Shown here one piece after another: positions 31,458-40,196 of a DNA stretch of 64,000 nucleotides (position 1 is the first letter of the stretch; the number at the start of each line of letters is the position of its first letter). Position numbers and translations under genes: made by a program. The notes beneath the pieces are model-generated. The model did no database searches, was not told where the DNA came from, and worked only from the letters and a program-made list of their open reading frames with translations. The stretch is from a virus: positions 1 through 64,000 of IMG/VR virus record IMGVR_UViG_3300045918_000320; one strand, given 5' to 3'.

Positions 31458-31596
31458 GTGAAATTCTCCTGTTAAATTGTTGTTGACAAAAAATTAATTT
31501 TGCTATAAACTATTTCAACATTCAGTTGGTTTCAGGGCTAATGCTTGCTGAAACGCCTAGTTCTACTCGGTTTAGTAGCAGCAGAGTTATTCTGCT
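31458..31596 (-). promoter_or_regulatory. Structured 5' leader of the capsid mRNA
   Basis: Hairpins AGCAGA/TCTGCT, CTACT/AGTAG, and TTTCAG/CTGAAA enclosing CAAGCATTAGCC. Confidence 0.55.
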
Positions 31597-31613
31597 CTAT
31601 AAATAGTTGTTAA
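31597..31613 (-). promoter_or_regulatory. Late promoter motif (TTAACAACTATTTATAG)
   Basis: Exact core, upstream of the capsid leader. Confidence 0.8.
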
Positions 31614-31660
31614 AATTATTCAATTTTAGTGTTAAAATCCTGTAATTACTCAAATAAAAT

Positions 31661-31683
31661 AAAAAAAGGGAGCCTAAGCTCCC
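31661..31683 (-). terminator. Intrinsic terminator after the scaffold gene
   Basis: GGGAGC-ttag-GCTCCC followed by a T-run on the minus strand. Confidence 0.8.
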
Positions 31684-31712
31684 AATATTATTACATATTG
31701 TAATTTGTGATA

Positions 31713-32654
31713 CTAGAAATGATCATCCCCTAAAGATTTCCAGAAGTCTCTTGGGCTAGGTTTTTTTGTATCAGTCTTTGGCTCCGGTCTTCTTCCTGTA
31801 TCCTGTACTTTTACTGCCTGAGAGTTTTTAGATCTTACAGATTGTATACGTTTATTACGAATTGATTTAACTCTATCAGGAGTTACTAATTCTTCTAATA
31901 CTTCATCTGGTAATTTACCCATCATATCACGCATATCTTTTAAATAAGCTTGTTTTACTAGAGGTACAATGTCTTTAGCATCTACATCTATTCCATTATC
32001 AAAAGCTACTGCTAACATTTGAGCCATTTTATTTACAATATAAGGAGAATTAGGTAAATCTCCAGTATCTATTGCTGAAATAATTTCATTTTGAATATGT
32101 TGAGAAGCTTCTTGCTCTAATCTTTCCATTTCAGCTTTTTCTTTAGCTTTAGATAATGAAGTTCTTTCATCTTCTAATTCTTGTAATCTTTTTCTAGCTT
32201 TTTCTAATTCAATTTGCTCAGGAGATTTCATTTCTTCTTCAATTTTTTGTTGAAGAATTAATTCTGCTATTTGTTCTAAATTAATTCCTAATTCTGGATG
32301 TTTTAAAATTTCTAAAGGATTAGATTTTAAACGCTCAATAAAAGCATTCATTTCAGCATTAGTTTGCTCTAATTGTTTTTTAGCCGCAGCAGATGATTGA
32401 AATGCTTCTTGGGCAGCAGCTTCCATTTGTAAAGCTTTACGAATACGAGATTCGTCGTTTAAATCAATTTTAGATTTAACTTCTTTTCCATTTACTTTTA
32501 ACAAATATTCTCTTTCTAGCTTTTCAATTACTTTTTGCTCTACTGGAGAACTTTCACTACTTTCTGATTCCATTGATTCCAATTCTACTGGATCAATAGT
32601 ATCTGCACTTGATTGTTGAGATGTTGCGGCTGAGTCGCCTGAGTTTTCTGACAT
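31713..32654 (-). CDS. Capsid scaffolding protein
   Basis: Acidic N-terminus, LKVNGKE motif, long coiled coils; lies between portal and capsid. Confidence 0.75.
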   Translation of the reverse strand: MSENSGDSAATSQQSSADTIDPVELESMESESSESSPVEQKVIEKLEREYLLKVNGKEVKSKIDLNDESRIRKALQMEAAAQEAFQSSAAAKKQLEQTNAEMNAFIERLKSNPLEILKHPELGINLEQIAELILQQKIEEEMKSPEQIELEKARKRLQELEDERTSLSKAKEKAEMERLEQEASQHIQNEIISAIDTGDLPNSPYIVNKMAQMLAVAFDNGIDVDAKDIVPLVKQAYLKDMRDMMGKLPDEVLEELVTPDRVKSIRNKRIQSVRSKNSQAVKVQDTGRRPEPKTDTKKPSPRDFWKSLGDDHF

Positions 32655-32722
32655 AAATTTTCCTTGTTTAGCCCTAATTTCCTATAGGGGTATAAATATT
32701 GGTAGAGGGCGTAATGCTTGCT

Positions 32723-32739
32723 CCAAATATAGTTGTTAA
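32723..32739 (-). promoter_or_regulatory. Late promoter motif (TTAACAACTATATTTGG)
   Basis: Exact core, upstream of the scaffold gene. Confidence 0.75.
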
Positions 32740-32760
32740 ATTAATAAGTTATAGGAAAGT

Positions 32761-32789
32761 TTGACATAAATTAGGTATTATGCTAACCT
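32761..32789 (+). promoter_or_regulatory. Sigma70-type promoter for 32806..33231
   Basis: TTGACA-17 bp-TAACCT with TG extension. Confidence 0.65.
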
Positions 32790-32805
32790 AAACAAAGAGG
32801 TACTA

Positions 32806-33231
32806 ATGATTTATTTTCAGCCAAAAATTATAAAAGAAGAAACTTTAAACATTATTCGTAAAATAGAATCTAATAATGGCAAGGATACAAAACATAAGTC
32901 TGACGCTTTCGGAGACTATGGCATTAGAATAAACACTGCTAAAGAATTAGGTTATATTATTACAAAAAAGAATGAAAGAAAAGTAGCTAGTGCTTTTTAC
33001 GATGAGATTACAAAAAAGTTAAATACAAATAATCCAGAAGTGGTAGTTTACGCTTGGTTGAAAGGAATTTATGGAGCTAAAAAGCAAATAAATAAACCTT
33101 TATATTATAGACCTATTTCTAGTCATTGGCATGTTAAGAAATATAGAAAGTATGTTAGTTATTACGATAATTTTATTACTGATATAAATAAAATATTAAC
33201 TAATTCCCAATTTACGTCTAAGAGCATTTAA
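32806..33231 (+). CDS. Lysozyme-like/lytic transglycosylase-like protein, antisense to the late module
   Basis: IRKIESNNG (catalytic ES) and AFGDYGIRINTAKELGY resemble SLT motifs I/II; GAGG SD. Confidence 0.55.
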   Translation: MIYFQPKIIKEETLNIIRKIESNNGKDTKHKSDAFGDYGIRINTAKELGYIITKKNERKVASAFYDEITKKLNTNNPEVVVYAWLKGIYGAKKQINKPLYYRPISSHWHVKKYRKYVSYYDNFITDINKILTNSQFTSKSI

Positions 33232-33444
33232 ATATTTTAATTTATTTGGATGTCTAAATCCTTCTTCTTGAATTGCTTTATCTGCTTGGATAGCATCTAC
33301 TTGTTTTGATGGAGCTTCATCTAAATGATCTCCCGCCATTAAATGCCGTACAATTTTTTCTGTACCTTGTTGCTGAATAGGCTTACTCGGATCATATTTT
33401 TTAGATAATTCTGGAAATAAATCATACAGTCTTTTAACGTCCAT
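33196..33444 (-). CDS. Small hypothetical protein, possibly internal virion
   Basis: Coupled to the upstream gene; ends LRRKLGIS. Confidence 0.55.
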   Translation of the reverse strand: MDVKRLYDLFPELSKKYDPSKPIQQQGTEKIVRHLMAGDHLDEAPSKQVDAIQADKAIQEEGFRHPNKLKYLNALRRKLGIS

Positions 33445-34204
33445 ATAATTTCTCTTTCAATTGCTGTGCTTTCATAAATTTTTCAGGATTATCGTCGCCT
33501 TTACCTAAAGATTCCGGCTCGACCATTTGCTTAACTTCTCCTAATACTGGAGTCATATCAGCTATATCAGATACAGCTCCTACATTATCCCCTGCTTGAG
33601 CTTTATTATAAGCTCCTAAAGCACCTAAGCCCATTCCAGCCACTCCTAGTCCTTTCATTACTGGAGCTAAATATCCTGCAGCTAATTTACCATTTTTAAG
33701 CAATTTTTGCCATGCTTCTTTTTCAAAAAATCCTACTTGGTGATGATCTCCAAATGCTTTCAGTGCATCCGGTAATCCTGAACCTTTTAGAGCTGAAGTT
33801 GTTTCTTCTAATGGTGCTATAGCTTTAAATCCTTTATTAGCTACTTCGTCTGCATGTCCAAATTCATGCATTTTATTTCCCATTTGTCTACTAGGAATTT
33901 CTAAATTTTCATGAGGTAAATATATTTTATTTTCTGAGAGATTATATTTACCAGCAATGTTATCTGGCAATTTTGTATATTCTACTGGAACTTGTTCTAA
34001 TAATTTTTTATTTTCAAAGGCATTTAAAGGATTATCATAATTTTTTCTAACATGTTGTCCTAAACCTGTAGATAATTCATCTCTAATAGTCATTGGACTT
34101 TTATTACGTAACAAATCTTCTACGGCATCATCGTCGCCTATTTGTAGGTATTTTGCTAAATCATCAAATAACGCTTGACGTTTTTTTGGAATGCTTTCGC
34201 CCAT
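33434..34204 (-). CDS. Putative internal virion protein with HExxH zincin motif
   Basis: AGKYNLSENKIYL...MHEFGH; Gly-rich C-terminal domain shared with 34204..34890. Confidence 0.6.
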   Translation of the reverse strand: MGESIPKKRQALFDDLAKYLQIGDDDAVEDLLRNKSPMTIRDELSTGLGQHVRKNYDNPLNAFENKKLLEQVPVEYTKLPDNIAGKYNLSENKIYLPHENLEIPSRQMGNKMHEFGHADEVANKGFKAIAPLEETTSALKGSGLPDALKAFGDHHQVGFFEKEAWQKLLKNGKLAAGYLAPVMKGLGVAGMGLGALGAYNKAQAGDNVGAVSDIADMTPVLGEVKQMVEPESLGKGDDNPEKFMKAQQLKEKLYGR

Positions 34205-34890
34205 TATTTAACTCCGAGCTTCTTTTTTAATGGATCTAAAACTGGATTATTAGATATTTCATTTTGCATATCTTCGTATCGTACTGGATTTTCTCTTTTT
34301 GTATCGTTTACTAAATATGGAGTCATGTCTGCTGGTTTTAAATTAGATACGTCATCACTACCTTTTCCTAAACCTTCGCTTCCTAGAGCCATTTTAGCCT
34401 CTCCTACACCGGGTACAAAGTTACTCGCTGTATCTGCTGCATCTAGTCCAGCACCTTTTAAATCGCCAGCCATAGCCTTCTGACCAGCTCCCATTATGCC
34501 CATCATTCCGCCACCAATAGCTAAAGTTTTTGCTAAAGGGCCTAGCATTGCTAACATTTTTCCAGCTTTTGGAATTCTACTAATTATACCGCCAGCTTCT
34601 GAAGCTTCTTCGGCTAAAGGACTAGCTTTTCTCAATTCACTTGGAATATTTACTTTACTTTTTACCATATCCGGTAAATCTTGTAAATTTTCATAAGCTT
34701 TACCTTGATTTTTAAAATGAAATGTAGTTTTAGCATTTAGATCTTTATACTGTTCTTGACTTAAAGAACCAGCATCGTAAGCTTGTCTAACTTTATTTTT
34801 AATATCTTGCCAATCAGGAGTACTGGCAGAAGCATCTCCAATTTTTTTGTAATATTGTGATAAATATTTTGCTAAACTATCAAAATCCAT
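34204..34890 (-). CDS. Putative internal virion protein, paralog of 33434..34204
   Basis: Both have N-terminal FDxLAKYL and C-terminal KAxAGD...PxxGExK...LGKG. Confidence 0.6.
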   Translation of the reverse strand: MDFDSLAKYLSQYYKKIGDASASTPDWQDIKNKVRQAYDAGSLSQEQYKDLNAKTTFHFKNQGKAYENLQDLPDMVKSKVNIPSELRKASPLAEEASEAGGIISRIPKAGKMLAMLGPLAKTLAIGGGMMGIMGAGQKAMAGDLKGAGLDAADTASNFVPGVGEAKMALGSEGLGKGSDDVSNLKPADMTPYLVNDTKRENPVRYEDMQNEISNNPVLDPLKKKLGVK

Positions 34891-35072
34891 TATAACCTCT
34901 TAGTATGATATAAATCACCAATATGATTTCTAAATCCTTTATCAAATTTCGCTTTTTCTTTTTTTATTTTAGGAATAGTTGAAACTTTTTGCTTAGGTAC
35001 AGATTCCATTTCTGGTTCTTTAGCTTCTGGTTGTTTAATTCCTAATTTTTCTTTTAGTTTTTGGAATTTCAT
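34890..35072 (-). CDS. Small basic protein
   Basis: Coupled to the portal stop; starts MKFQKLKEKLGIK. Confidence 0.55.
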   Translation of the reverse strand: MKFQKLKEKLGIKQPEAKEPEMESVPKQKVSTIPKIKKEKAKFDKGFRNHIGDLYHTKRL

Positions 35073-37105
35073 TATTGTCCGTTTCCTGTTATATTTGCTA
35101 AACCTTGTTGCGGAGTAGCTACACCTTGAGGAGGCTCTGCTGGACTCGGCTGATTTGGCATATTTTGATTTGGCATTTGCCCTTGATCTTGCATTATATC
35201 TCCTGCACTTGGATTTGGTGCTTGTTGCATTTGTCCTTGAGGTGCTTGCCCTTGAGGCTGTTGAGGAGCTGCTATAGGCTGGTATCCTAATACTTGTAGT
35301 AAAGCTGGATCTACAGTTTGTCCTAATGTAATATGTTCTTGAATATGATTCAAAATTAAAGCTGCATGTTGATCATCATCTCTAATATCTGGATCATCTA
35401 ATAAACTAGCATGTTCTTTAATATGTTCAGCATGGTCGTCAATAGCTAAAGCTTTAATTTGCTTTCCATCCATTAACTTTTCATTTTCCATTTCAATTTG
35501 ATTCATTCTTCTAGTATTTCTATCAGTCATTACTTCAAGTTTACCAGTATTAATAACTTGAATATACTGATCAATAGTAAATTCATCAGCTTTCATTTGT
35601 AATAATTGTTCCGCCATTTGAATTCTACCGGCAGTAGTTTTAGCTAAAGGATTTCCCACATCAACTACTACTCTATTTACTTCTTGAATATCATCTGATT
35701 TAAATTGTTTTAAATATGCTTTATTATTTCTACCAATAATACTAGCTACTCTAGGCTCTGTGGCATAATCTTTTAATACTTCAATTATAGCTGTACCAAC
35801 GTCCTCTAAAAGCTGAACGTATTGTTGCTGAAGCCCAGAAATAAATTGAATAGACATCGATTGTACTAATGCCAATGAAGTTCCAGACTTTAAATTAGCT
35901 TCAGGATTACCTCTAGTAACTGAGTTTACTCCTGAAAGTGTTTCCATTAATCCTTCCAACTTATTTACTAAATCAAATGACATTGGATTAGTGCCAAGTA
36001 AATTCATTACTTCAGGTTTTTCCAAACCTTCAATAATATTTAATCCACCTGATAAATTAGACATAGAAACATTAGAACCGGTTTTAACAAAAATATTTTG
36101 TGTACCAAAAGCTACTTGATTTGAAAAAATAGAAGTATAAACTGTATTCACTGCCTCTTGGAGAGGAATTAAATCGAAGAGGCTGGAATAACCCATTGTT
36201 GTACCTAGTACTTCATTCGGAGCAATTCGGTATACTGGAATTTGTTTATATGGTAAATCTTGATCTGTTAAAATAACTTTTTCTGAAAGAAATACTACTT
36301 CTCTACCATTAGGTAAAGAGTCTGTTGGTCTGTGGTAAAAAGTAAATATGGGAACTTCGTCTGTTGCCATTTGTTTATTCATTACTAAAGTTTGATATTT
36401 ATCTTTACCGTCTAATCCTAAAATATCATCTTCATATTCTGGAAATTTAGCAATTAAATCATATCTATTTTTAAAATCAATTGTAATCATCCAATCATGG
36501 TTCGTGCTATCTTTAGAAATGTCAAAAATGACTTCAAAGGGGGATAGATTAGAGAATTTAATATCTCCTTCACGAATAACTGTACCGGTTTCTTCGTCTT
36601 CTTCAACGATTTTACCAATACTAGTATCCCATTCCATTTTAATATAACCAGCACCAAGTACAATAGCATATTCCACCGCAGTTGAGATGAATCTTTCTAA
36701 TCTCTTTTCTCTCATATAATAATCTAAAAGTCCAGTAGCAAGTTGAGCTTGTATTAAACTTTTTGGATCAGTATTTGCGGCTCTAGCCTCTAAAGCTGGT
36801 CTAGAAGCGATAGTCATAGTCTTAATGTGTTGAGCAATATTTCTGATATGATTTACTGGAAGGTTAGCTAACTCGCCCTGCTCTCCCCCAAAAGAAATTT
36901 GGTGAGAACCAGCGAAAGATTGAAAAAACATACCATGGTAACTAGCCCAGCATTGTTTAATTTTATCGGAGTAGCCCATAGCTTTAGAAGTAGCTTGCCA
37001 CTCTCCAACTTTACCAATTAATACTTCAGCTAAATCAGTACCTTCTTTTTTAGCAAAATATACATTATCGGTTTTTTGTTTTTTTGTAAAATTAAAACTA
37101 TCCAT
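35072..37105 (-). CDS. Portal protein (P22-like)
   Basis: Follows the terminase; GAGYIKMEWD, LSPFEVIFD, METLSGVNSVTRG, Q/P-rich tail. Start moved to ATG 37105 because of the GGAG SD and the late promoter at 37128-37144. Confidence 0.85.
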   Translation of the reverse strand: MDSFNFTKKQKTDNVYFAKKEGTDLAEVLIGKVGEWQATSKAMGYSDKIKQCWASYHGMFFQSFAGSHQISFGGEQGELANLPVNHIRNIAQHIKTMTIASRPALEARAANTDPKSLIQAQLATGLLDYYMREKRLERFISTAVEYAIVLGAGYIKMEWDTSIGKIVEEDEETGTVIREGDIKFSNLSPFEVIFDISKDSTNHDWMITIDFKNRYDLIAKFPEYEDDILGLDGKDKYQTLVMNKQMATDEVPIFTFYHRPTDSLPNGREVVFLSEKVILTDQDLPYKQIPVYRIAPNEVLGTTMGYSSLFDLIPLQEAVNTVYTSIFSNQVAFGTQNIFVKTGSNVSMSNLSGGLNIIEGLEKPEVMNLLGTNPMSFDLVNKLEGLMETLSGVNSVTRGNPEANLKSGTSLALVQSMSIQFISGLQQQYVQLLEDVGTAIIEVLKDYATEPRVASIIGRNNKAYLKQFKSDDIQEVNRVVVDVGNPLAKTTAGRIQMAEQLLQMKADEFTIDQYIQVINTGKLEVMTDRNTRRMNQIEMENEKLMDGKQIKALAIDDHAEHIKEHASLLDDPDIRDDDQHAALILNHIQEHITLGQTVDPALLQVLGYQPIAAPQQPQGQAPQGQMQQAPNPSAGDIMQDQGQMPNQNMPNQPSPAEPPQGVATPQQGLANITGNGQ

Positions 37106-37127
37106 TAGTACTCCATGAGTATAAATC

Positions 37128-37144
37128 TCATAAGTAGTTGTTAA
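37128..37144 (-). promoter_or_regulatory. Late promoter motif (TTAACAACTACTTATGA)
   Basis: Exact core, upstream of the portal SD. Confidence 0.75.
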
Positions 37145-37194
37145 TTTCTCGAATTTACTCAAAAACTACGAAAAAATCACAGCTTTAAGCTAAA

Positions 37195-38613
37195 TTATTT
37201 TCTTTTTTTAAATGGATTAAATAAATTTTTAAGCTCTTGATGAAATTCTGGTAACTTAGATACTTGATTTGTCTCCCAGAGTGTTCCCGAAGGTAAAAAA
37301 TGACCAGAAGGATACGGATTTTTATTATATTGTACGTTTCTTACAAAATAAATTAAAGCATCTAAAGTATCGAAATGTCCATGCTGAGTATCTCTATCAA
37401 ATCCTGTTCTTTTTGTATTCCATGTAGCGTATTTTAAATGGTCTATTAAATATTTACATTTAGGGCTAATTAAAATAGATTCATTTTGAACTAGTAAACG
37501 TAATTTACTTATTGCGGCTTCTTTATTATCTTTTGCTGTAGGAATAAATACTAAATTATATGGTTCTTGAGATAATTCATTTAGTAAAATTAAATTATTA
37601 TTATCTGCATATCTTAAATAAGGTTTTGCTAACCAAAGTTCAGATTCTTTTTCAGAAATTCCGGCATGAAGGGATCTAGTAGTTACTTTATTTCCTTTAA
37701 CAACGTACTCATCTTCGATTACTACTTTATTTTGTAAAAAATCATAATATCCAAAAATTATTGCTGTAAAATCTTTAAATCCAATATCCATAGCAACATA
37801 ACAATCAAAAAATGCAGGTCTAGGTTGTTCACCTATTATTAATTTCATTTTTTCTTCTGTAGCTTCTGGTACTACTGCTGATTCTTGATCTGTAATCATG
37901 ATATTTAAATATTCACGTTTAAAATCTACAGAATCGTATCCACCAACTTCTTCAGCAAATCCATCAACATCAGTTCTAGTATATCTAGGGCAAGAAAATA
38001 TATCTTTTTTAATCAAAGTTCCATCAAATTCTGCTTTTTTTACAAGCTCCCAATATTCATGTTCCGCAGATTTAGGAAGAGTACTACATAAAAGCATTTT
38101 ACCTTTTGTAGTGTTGAGTTTAGGATACAAAACAGATCTTAATCCGTATTTTAATTCATCCATAAATCCGCACTCGTCAACGATAACTAAAACCGCTTTT
38201 CCACCTCGTTGAGATTCTATTTCTCCAGCATTAAATCCTCCAAGTTCTAGTCTAGCTCCATTTGGAAATAGGTAACAAGATTCTTGAGTTTTATATTCCG
38301 GCTGCATATCTTGAGGACATGTTTTTAATATTTCTAAAAGAGTAGCTCTAATAATTTTTTTACCTTGATTTAATCTAGGAGAAATATAAATTACTGTAGC
38401 ATTTGGAGACTTTAAACATTTCTCTACTGCAATAGTAACTAGAGAAAAAGTTTTACCCATTTGCCGAGAAAATACTGCAATTAAAGTTTTTCTTGGAGAT
38501 TTTGTATAATGTTCGTAAATTTCTTTTTGATTAGCATCGAGTAAGAATTCAGAAATATTTCCAGATTCCCAGATTAATCTTCTAGCTTCTGCTGGAGTAA
38601 TATCTCTAGCCAT
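37195..38613 (-). CDS. terL: Terminase large subunit
   Basis: Walker A SRQMGKT, Walker B VIVDECG, STLP coupling motif, FKREY, nuclease AMDIGFKD and HFDTLDALIY. Confidence 0.92.
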   Translation of the reverse strand: MARDITPAEARRLIWESGNISEFLLDANQKEIYEHYTKSPRKTLIAVFSRQMGKTFSLVTIAVEKCLKSPNATVIYISPRLNQGKKIIRATLLEILKTCPQDMQPEYKTQESCYLFPNGARLELGGFNAGEIESQRGGKAVLVIVDECGFMDELKYGLRSVLYPKLNTTKGKMLLCSTLPKSAEHEYWELVKKAEFDGTLIKKDIFSCPRYTRTDVDGFAEEVGGYDSVDFKREYLNIMITDQESAVVPEATEEKMKLIIGEQPRPAFFDCYVAMDIGFKDFTAIIFGYYDFLQNKVVIEDEYVVKGNKVTTRSLHAGISEKESELWLAKPYLRYADNNNLILLNELSQEPYNLVFIPTAKDNKEAAISKLRLLVQNESILISPKCKYLIDHLKYATWNTKRTGFDRDTQHGHFDTLDALIYFVRNVQYNKNPYPSGHFLPSGTLWETNQVSKLPEFHQELKNLFNPFKKRK

Positions 38614-38614
38614 T

Positions 38615-39019
38615 TTAATTCTCCGAATCTTCCGGACTAGATTTTAAAGCTATCTCAATTAATTCTTGAGGAGAGTATTGTTTAACTGTATCTTTAGACT
38701 TAGGTTTTTCGGCTAAATCTTTACCTTTTATTGCTAATAAAGTTTTTGTATATAGCTCTACTAATTTTGCTTCAGAATATTCTAAAGGTTTTTGTTGGCA
38801 TTTTACAAAAAGTCTACCTAATTCTATCTTACAAATTTCTTCTTCATTGCTAGCTATAGCAAGGCTATGAGAATTATGTTTAATTAAATCTTCTAAATGT
38901 TTTTTTTTATTTTCTACTTCTTTTAATTGACTTTGTAATACTAAATTAGTTTGCACTAGTCTTTCCGCAAATTCTCTTAATTCTTTTTCTGTTTTATACT
39001 GTGATAAGTCTACTATCAT
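38615..39019 (-). CDS. Hypothetical protein upstream of terL (possible small terminase)
   Basis: Position and helical/coiled-coil character only. Confidence 0.4.
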   Translation of the reverse strand: MIVDLSQYKTEKELREFAERLVQTNLVLQSQLKEVENKKKHLEDLIKHNSHSLAIASNEEEICKIELGRLFVKCQQKPLEYSEAKLVELYTKTLLAIKGKDLAEKPKSKDTVKQYSPQELIEIALKSSPEDSEN

Positions 39020-39294
39020 TTTTTAAATCCACCTAGAGATTGTACAAATTGATCTTTAGTCTTTATACTCTCTACATTATTTCTTAAATTTGTTATTTCT
39101 TCTTTTACTTTGTTAATTTCTTCAGCCTGAACTTCATTTAATTTCTCAATTTTCTTAATTTCTACTACCTTATTTATTAAATTATAGAAAATAATACTAA
39201 TTGCGATTACTGAATCAGCAAATCCTATAGGTCTAACAATACATTTTATTAAAAATAGACAAGCAATTGTGAAAAAGACATTCTTTTTTGACAT
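39016..39294 (-). CDS. Small membrane protein (two TM segments plus coiled coil), possible holin
   Basis: Two hydrophobic N-terminal stretches; first gene after the late promoter at 39392. Confidence 0.45.
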   Translation of the reverse strand: MSKKNVFFTIACLFLIKCIVRPIGFADSVIAISIIFYNLINKVVEIKKIEKLNEVQAEEINKVKEEITNLRNNVESIKTKDQFVQSLGGFKK

Positions 39295-39391
39295 TTTTTT
39301 TACTTCCTTATAAAAAGAGACTGCATGGTAAGTCGTTAACAGCTCGGCTCAAGTATTACTATTGGTAGTCTGACTTGACTTTGAGCACTCT

Positions 39392-39408
39392 CTATAAGTA
39401 GTTGTTAA
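39392..39408 (-). promoter_or_regulatory. Late promoter motif TTAACAACTACTTATAG
   Basis: Exact copy, heading the packaging operon. Confidence 0.8.
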
Positions 39409-39684
39409 AAAGGCATAGTTTGGGCTTTCAGTTCTATTTTAGGCATATGTATACTGTAGCGTAACATAAGAGAAGCTACAGGAACTTCAGCCATTATATC
39501 CAAAATGTTAAATTTGTAAATATATATTATTATAAATTATATTAAATGTCAATAAAAATAATAAGATATAGACAAATACAAAAGATAAATATTATTAATT
39601 TTACCAAAAAAACATAGTTATTCAGTATTCCACCAAGGAACTTTTAAATTTTAATATATATTTTATATTTTGTCAACTTTTTTC

Positions 39685-39712
39685 TTGACTGTAAGATATT
39701 TTGTGGTATTAT
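39685..39712 (+). promoter_or_regulatory. Sigma70-type promoter
   Basis: TTGACT-16 bp-TATTAT with TG extension. Confidence 0.6.
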
Positions 39713-39736
39713 TCTTACAAGGTCTTTAATACGTTT

Positions 39737-39775
39737 GGGAGAGATGTCGCACTACACTCTCCCTTTTTTGTTTTT
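39737..39775 (+). terminator. Terminator/attenuator in the endolysin leader
   Basis: GGGAGAG...CTCTCCC followed by T6. Confidence 0.65.
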
Positions 39776-39784
39776 GGGAGATTT

Positions 39785-40192
39785 ATGTTAATTAAAATTC
39801 AAAAAGGTCAACCTGTTCAAATAACTAATCACTTTTCTAGCACAGAATTTGAATGTCCCTGTACAAATTGTACAATAAATTATGTTGATGATCAATTAGT
39901 AAATAAATTAGAAGATTTAAGAGTTGATTATGGATCACCAATTAGAATAACTTCAGGATATCGATGTCCAAAACACAATGAAGAAGTGGGGGGAGTATCT
40001 GCTTCTGCCCACCAATCAGGCTTGGCGGCTGATATACAACCTTCAGTAGTTAATGTTGACGAATTAGATAAATTATATGATTTAGCTTATATTTCTTTTG
40101 ACAATATTGGCGATGGTAGACGTTTAAAATTTGTACACCTTGACGTTCGCCCATCTAAACCGGATGGAAAAAAAAGAACTTGGACATATTAA
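39785..40192 (+). CDS. Peptidase M15A (D-Ala-D-Ala peptidase fold) endolysin
   Basis: HFSSTEFECPC, ITSGYRCPKHN..VGG...SAHQSGLAADI, FVHLDVR. Start moved to ATG 39785 (GGGAG SD). Confidence 0.9.
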   Translation: MLIKIQKGQPVQITNHFSSTEFECPCTNCTINYVDDQLVNKLEDLRVDYGSPIRITSGYRCPKHNEEVGGVSASAHQSGLAADIQPSVVNVDELDKLYDLAYISFDNIGDGRRLKFVHLDVRPSKPDGKKRTWTY

Positions 40193-40196
40193 TTTA

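Noticed and set aside
37106-37162. ORF-track upstream starts for the portal (37162), and likewise 39701, 48504, 49597, 53440 and 58028
   Set aside because: These extensions run through promoter motifs or upstream genes, while the downstream ATGs have clear SD sequences.
6296-38212. Plus-strand ORFs inside the late module (e.g. 6296, 6985, 9817, 13272, 17040, 19319, 19601, 20740, 21964, 25191, 26361, 28839, 30850, 34175, 34496, 35105, 37898) and nested 36487..36669
   Set aside because: Antisense or off-frame shadows of long genes, with no SD or promoter and no motifs. Only 32806..33231 has independent support.
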